In this document: piece after piece, positions 60,801 to 64,000 of the stretch | Numbering within the stretch: the first letter of the stretch is position 1 | Layout: every line of letters begins with the position of its first letter | DNA from: Hormiphora californensis | Lineage: Eukaryota > Animalia > Ctenophora | Direction of reading: 5' to 3' | Length of the DNA: 64,000 nt | Assembly: GCA_020137815.1 (NCBI GenBank) | Contig: CM035353.1 | Span: forward strand, 1,798,001-1,862,000 | Notes under the pieces: generated by a model | Databases searched by the model: none | Seen by the model: the letters and a program-made list of their open reading frames with translations, nothing else | Told to the model about the DNA's origin: nothing | Translations under genes and position numbers: made by a program

Positions 60801-61675
60801 CCAGTGTAGCATCGAACATGGAGAGAGATGTGATTTTAGGGACTTTGAATAGTTGAACATGGTTCGGAGTGTTCGCCTTGATATCAGATAGAGATATCTT
60901 GTACATGTATCCGACCACATCTAGTCCCTCTGTAATTATCGGCTTTAGTTTTTATAATTGTTTTCGAGTCAGGGCACTATTATAGGTTCCTATAACAACA
61001 ACCAATCAGAGCTCGTTATTTAGGTCACGTGACTGGCTATCAGCCAATCAGGGACCAGTATTTCCTGGGTTCTAACTAACCTGGTGTCTGTGCCCGATAG
61101 TAGATATCATTATCCATGAATGATAAGTGTGTTACTAGGGGACGGGTAGTTGCCCCTGGTATCACAGGCACTGATATCATCTCATTACTGTCCGCCAGGT
61201 CAACTAGCTGGATCTCGTTTGTAGCAGGGTTAACCTAGTAGGGTGTAGCAGGGTTAACCTAGTAGGGTGTAGCAGGGTTAACCTAGTAGGGTGTAGCGGT
61301 GTTAACCTAGTTATCGTGCTGTTAGTTATTGTTTGTAGCAGGGTTAACCTAGTTATATTGTGCTGTTAGTTATTGTGTGTGGCCGAGGGGGGGGGGGGTA
61401 ACCTATAGTTATTGTGCTGTTAGTTATTGTATGTGGCCGAGGGGGGGGGGGTAACCTAGTTATTGTGCTGTTAGTTATTGTGACATGGGGTCATAATGGG
61501 GGGGGGGGGGGGGGTTAACGTCGTATTTGTGGGTAGGGGCGGGGGTAAATATTGGGCCGATTTGGGCTATTTATACAATCACTAACCCATGCCAGAAAGT
61601 TGTGTTCTGTAGATTCTGCAAAAGAAGCTATCCTTTGAACTGATTTTTCCAGTTTGATATCCATTAACTTGACAC
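54829..61675 (-). CDS. LRP/LDLR-related type I membrane receptor: C-type lectin domain, 2 EGF repeats, YWTD-like beta-propeller, TM, NPxY tail (5' end uncertain, possibly ~61.9 kb)
   Basis: About 17 exons. CTLD (EAVKLC..GQLAVVRN.EQN, FWIGL...WKWIDGS...YTNWAPGHP, ICE). EGFs (C....HGCSDICLP.....CGCP and DPC...NCRYGC......CVCPSG). Propeller blades (SVD...RIFFTD, ISFDW..NRLFYV, VHP...YIFYT, DP..DRVY, HFWVE). TM ALFIGLALVALLCLVGALILLAI. Tail YDNPVY. Stop at 54829-54831. Confidence 0.88.
57825..58262. repeat. (TCTCTG)n / (TGTCTG)n microsatellite in an intron
   Basis: Read directly from the sequence. Confidence 0.95.
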
Positions 61676-61962
61676 CTGCATAACTGATAAACGTGGTAAT
61701 TAGCATGATAATTGATTCGATTGATTAACGATTATAATTAACGATTGATATCAGTTCACTAATCACACTACATACTTGGTTGACCGGATAACGAGTTGTT
61801 TTAACGATGTAGACCTTCTCCAATGGCCACCCTGTTCACTATTATAACCCGCATCATCCACAACCCATCTTAGCACACCGTGGATACCGTTCGTGGTTAC
61901 CATGGCAGCGTGGCGGAGTCCCTCGGTGGCAACCGTGAAAATGTTGCTCGTACATTTCTCTA

Positions 61963-62450
61963 TGGGACAACCCTGTATAGAGATTGGATTGGGTTAGATA
62001 TCATAATGTCTATAAAATTTATTTACAAGGTATCATAATGTCTGTAAAATTTATCATTAAATGATAGACAGAGAGAGGGAGGGTCAGTTATCGGATAGGC
62101 GGGTGAACAAACGTCAAACGCCTGCACGTGTCGAATTAGCTCAACCTCTCCCAACATGTGCTATGTTGTTGAGCTATGTTGTTGAGCTATGTTGTTGAGC
62201 TATGTTGTTGAGCTATGTTGTTGAGCTATGTTGTTGAGCTATGTTGTTGAGCTATGTTGTTGAGCTATGTTGTTGAGCTATATTGCCTAATGTTCCAGCC
62301 AATCAGATCTCTATATATCGCTGGAGGACCAATAGGAAAATTGCTGCTTTAAAGTATATGACACTTAAAGTTAAAACATTTAAACACTACTCGCCCACTT
62401 AAACCCACGTTCATTTTTCCTACGTTTTCAATTGTTATAGTGTTGGTGAA
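61963..62450 (+). promoter_or_regulatory. Putative promoter block (possibly bidirectional), duplicated at ~63482-63900
   Basis: Shared blocks GGACAACCCTGTA..GAGATTGGATTGGG, CACGTGTCGAAT and TTGCCTAATGTTCCAGCCAATCAG..CTGGAGGACCAATAGGAAAA. Each copy lies just before an ATG with a signal peptide. 13-bp tandem array (GCTATGTTGTTGA, ~9 copies) at 62160-62280. Confidence 0.65.
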
Positions 62451-63170
62451 ATGCTGTGTTTCCTTCTCCTGTTTCTTCCCGCAATCGGAGCAGAAAGTTC
62501 AAAACAGCTTAATTTCGTTGAAGTGACCGCGAGTGGTACGGCACACAAACTTGCTCCATCATTGACCATTGATGGTGATAACAACACTTATCATCACTCC
62601 GATTATTCGGCCAGTCCAAAGTGGCTCAAATTGAAGTTGGAGTACCAATCGTATATCCATACAATTTCAATTGTCAATAGGTAAGTTTATAGGTGGGGCA
62701 GCTGCTGCTATGCTTTGTTAGAGAGAGAAACGTTGTTACATTGTTAGAGAGAAACACGTTGCTACATTAATGGAGAGAAACGTTGCTATGGAGAGAGAAC
62801 ATGTTATGTGGAGAAAGACTACCAGATAACCCCAAGTGGTATAATTCTATGAAATGATTAACACTGGTTTCCCTGCACTAGGCCGGGGGAATGGAATCAC
62901 CGAATTATTGGAACTGAAGTGAGCATCCTACCAACACCGGACAATAAACTTGTTTGCGGTAGGATTGATGAGTTCCTCTCTACGGATACCATCGACAACG
63001 TCCCTGCTGTTGACAGGACCTACATTATTCAATGTGATGTTGAGATCCCTACAAACTACATCTACCTTTATAAGGATACCAGTTATAACAGCAAAGATTC
63101 AGATCCAATAATGACGATATGTGAAGTATGGGTGACTGGGAGTATAAATGCAAGTAAGTTCTGTGTGTAG
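62451..63170 (+). CDS. Secreted F-type lectin (fucolectin/discoidin-fold)-like protein
   Basis: Exon 62451-62680 plus exon 62882-63153/63170. Signal peptide, then A.LTIDGD..TYHHS......WLKLKL.....I..I.IVNR.....HRI.G..V......CG......Y.I.C......YI.L.......MTICEVWV.G. Confidence 0.82.
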
Positions 63171-63900
63171 CAGGAACCGACCGAACCAAGTAAACAACCA
63201 ATCAGAGCTCGCTATTTAGGTCACGTGACTGGTTATCAGCCAATCAGGGACCAGTATTTCCTGATTCGGTCGGTTCCTGGTGTGTAGTTGATGTAATGGG
63301 TGGGTGGGGATCAAATTGGGATGTGGGTCGTAAATTGCCACGGTCAAGAGACACGGGCATCTCTTGATTTGTTGCTTTACTTAAACTTCAATTTCACTAA
63401 ATTAACGATACTTTTTAAAAAGAGAGAGAGAGATAGTTGGGTTCAGTTATCTGTGGAATGTGGCTCATACATGTCTTTATAGGACAACCCTGTAGAGATT
63501 GGATTGGGCATTAATGTCTATAAATAATAGACAGAGAGAGAGGGATGGTCAGTTATCTGATTGGTCCATGGACAGACGTTATAATATTATCCAATCGTTA
63601 TAAAGGCGTGGTTAATGTTTAGTTAGTTGGGAAAGGGAGAGAGGAAGATTAGAGAGACTATTATTATAATTATTATGAGAGGATGCATGTATCCCACGTG
63701 TCGAATCTTCTCAATCTCTCCCAGCATGGCATATATATTGCTTATAATGCTATATTGTTGAGCTCTATTTTTTGCCTAATGTTCCAGCCAATCAGAAGTT
63801 TTTTCTAGCCATCTGGAGGACCAATAGGAAAACTGCTGCTATAATTCAGCTGCAATAAAAAGAACCCATCAGCGAACACGGCGAATCACAACGTTAACAT

Positions 63901-63949
63901 ATGTTTCCCTTGCTTCTTATCTTTTGGCTAGCCACCCTTGCTCACTCTG
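63901..63949 (+). CDS. First (signal-peptide) exon of a further secreted-protein gene, continuing past the window
   Basis: ATG at 63901, MFPLLLIFWLATLAHS, donor GTAGGT. Sits behind the duplicated promoter block. Confidence 0.6.
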
Positions 63950-64000
63950 GTAGGTTAATTTAGTTAACTTTGATTCCGGTGCTCAAACCCCCGAAAACCC

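Overview
Repeat-rich eukaryotic (animal) DNA, most likely from a cydippid ctenophore such as Pleurobrachia. The taxon call rests on a 43-nt match at 33770-33812 to the ctenophore spliced-leader (SL) exon as I recall it, plus ctenophore-type gene families. Genes rebuilt by hand from splice sites and reading frame: (1) a secreted or surface protein with a ctenophore-type ~140-aa domain and a sushi domain (1.2-2.2 kb); (2) two tandem, intron-containing, motif-complete guanidino-modifying enzymes of the bacterial ArgZ/AgrE arginine-dihydrolase type (minus strand, 37.9-45.1 kb), which could be spliced in frame into one two-domain protein and are the most interesting feature; (3) an intronless LDLa-GPCR (48.9-51.2 kb); (4) an LRP/LDLR-like receptor with a C-type lectin domain and a YDNPVY tail (54.8-61.7 kb, minus); (5) an F-type lectin-like gene and the first exon of a gene behind a duplicated promoter (62.4-64 kb). 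The rest is mobile DNA: a piggyBac-type MITE, a Penelope fragment with a hammerhead ribozyme, LINE ORF1s, a gag-only LTR element with identical LTRs, Helitron, Helentron and Crypton-like elements, several MITE families, and micro- and minisatellites. About 8.4-13.2 kb and 25.8-27.6 kb are low-quality sequence, and the first is an error-rich duplicate (probable second haplotype) of ~3.8-6.5 kb. All family assignments come from recalled motifs. No database search was run.
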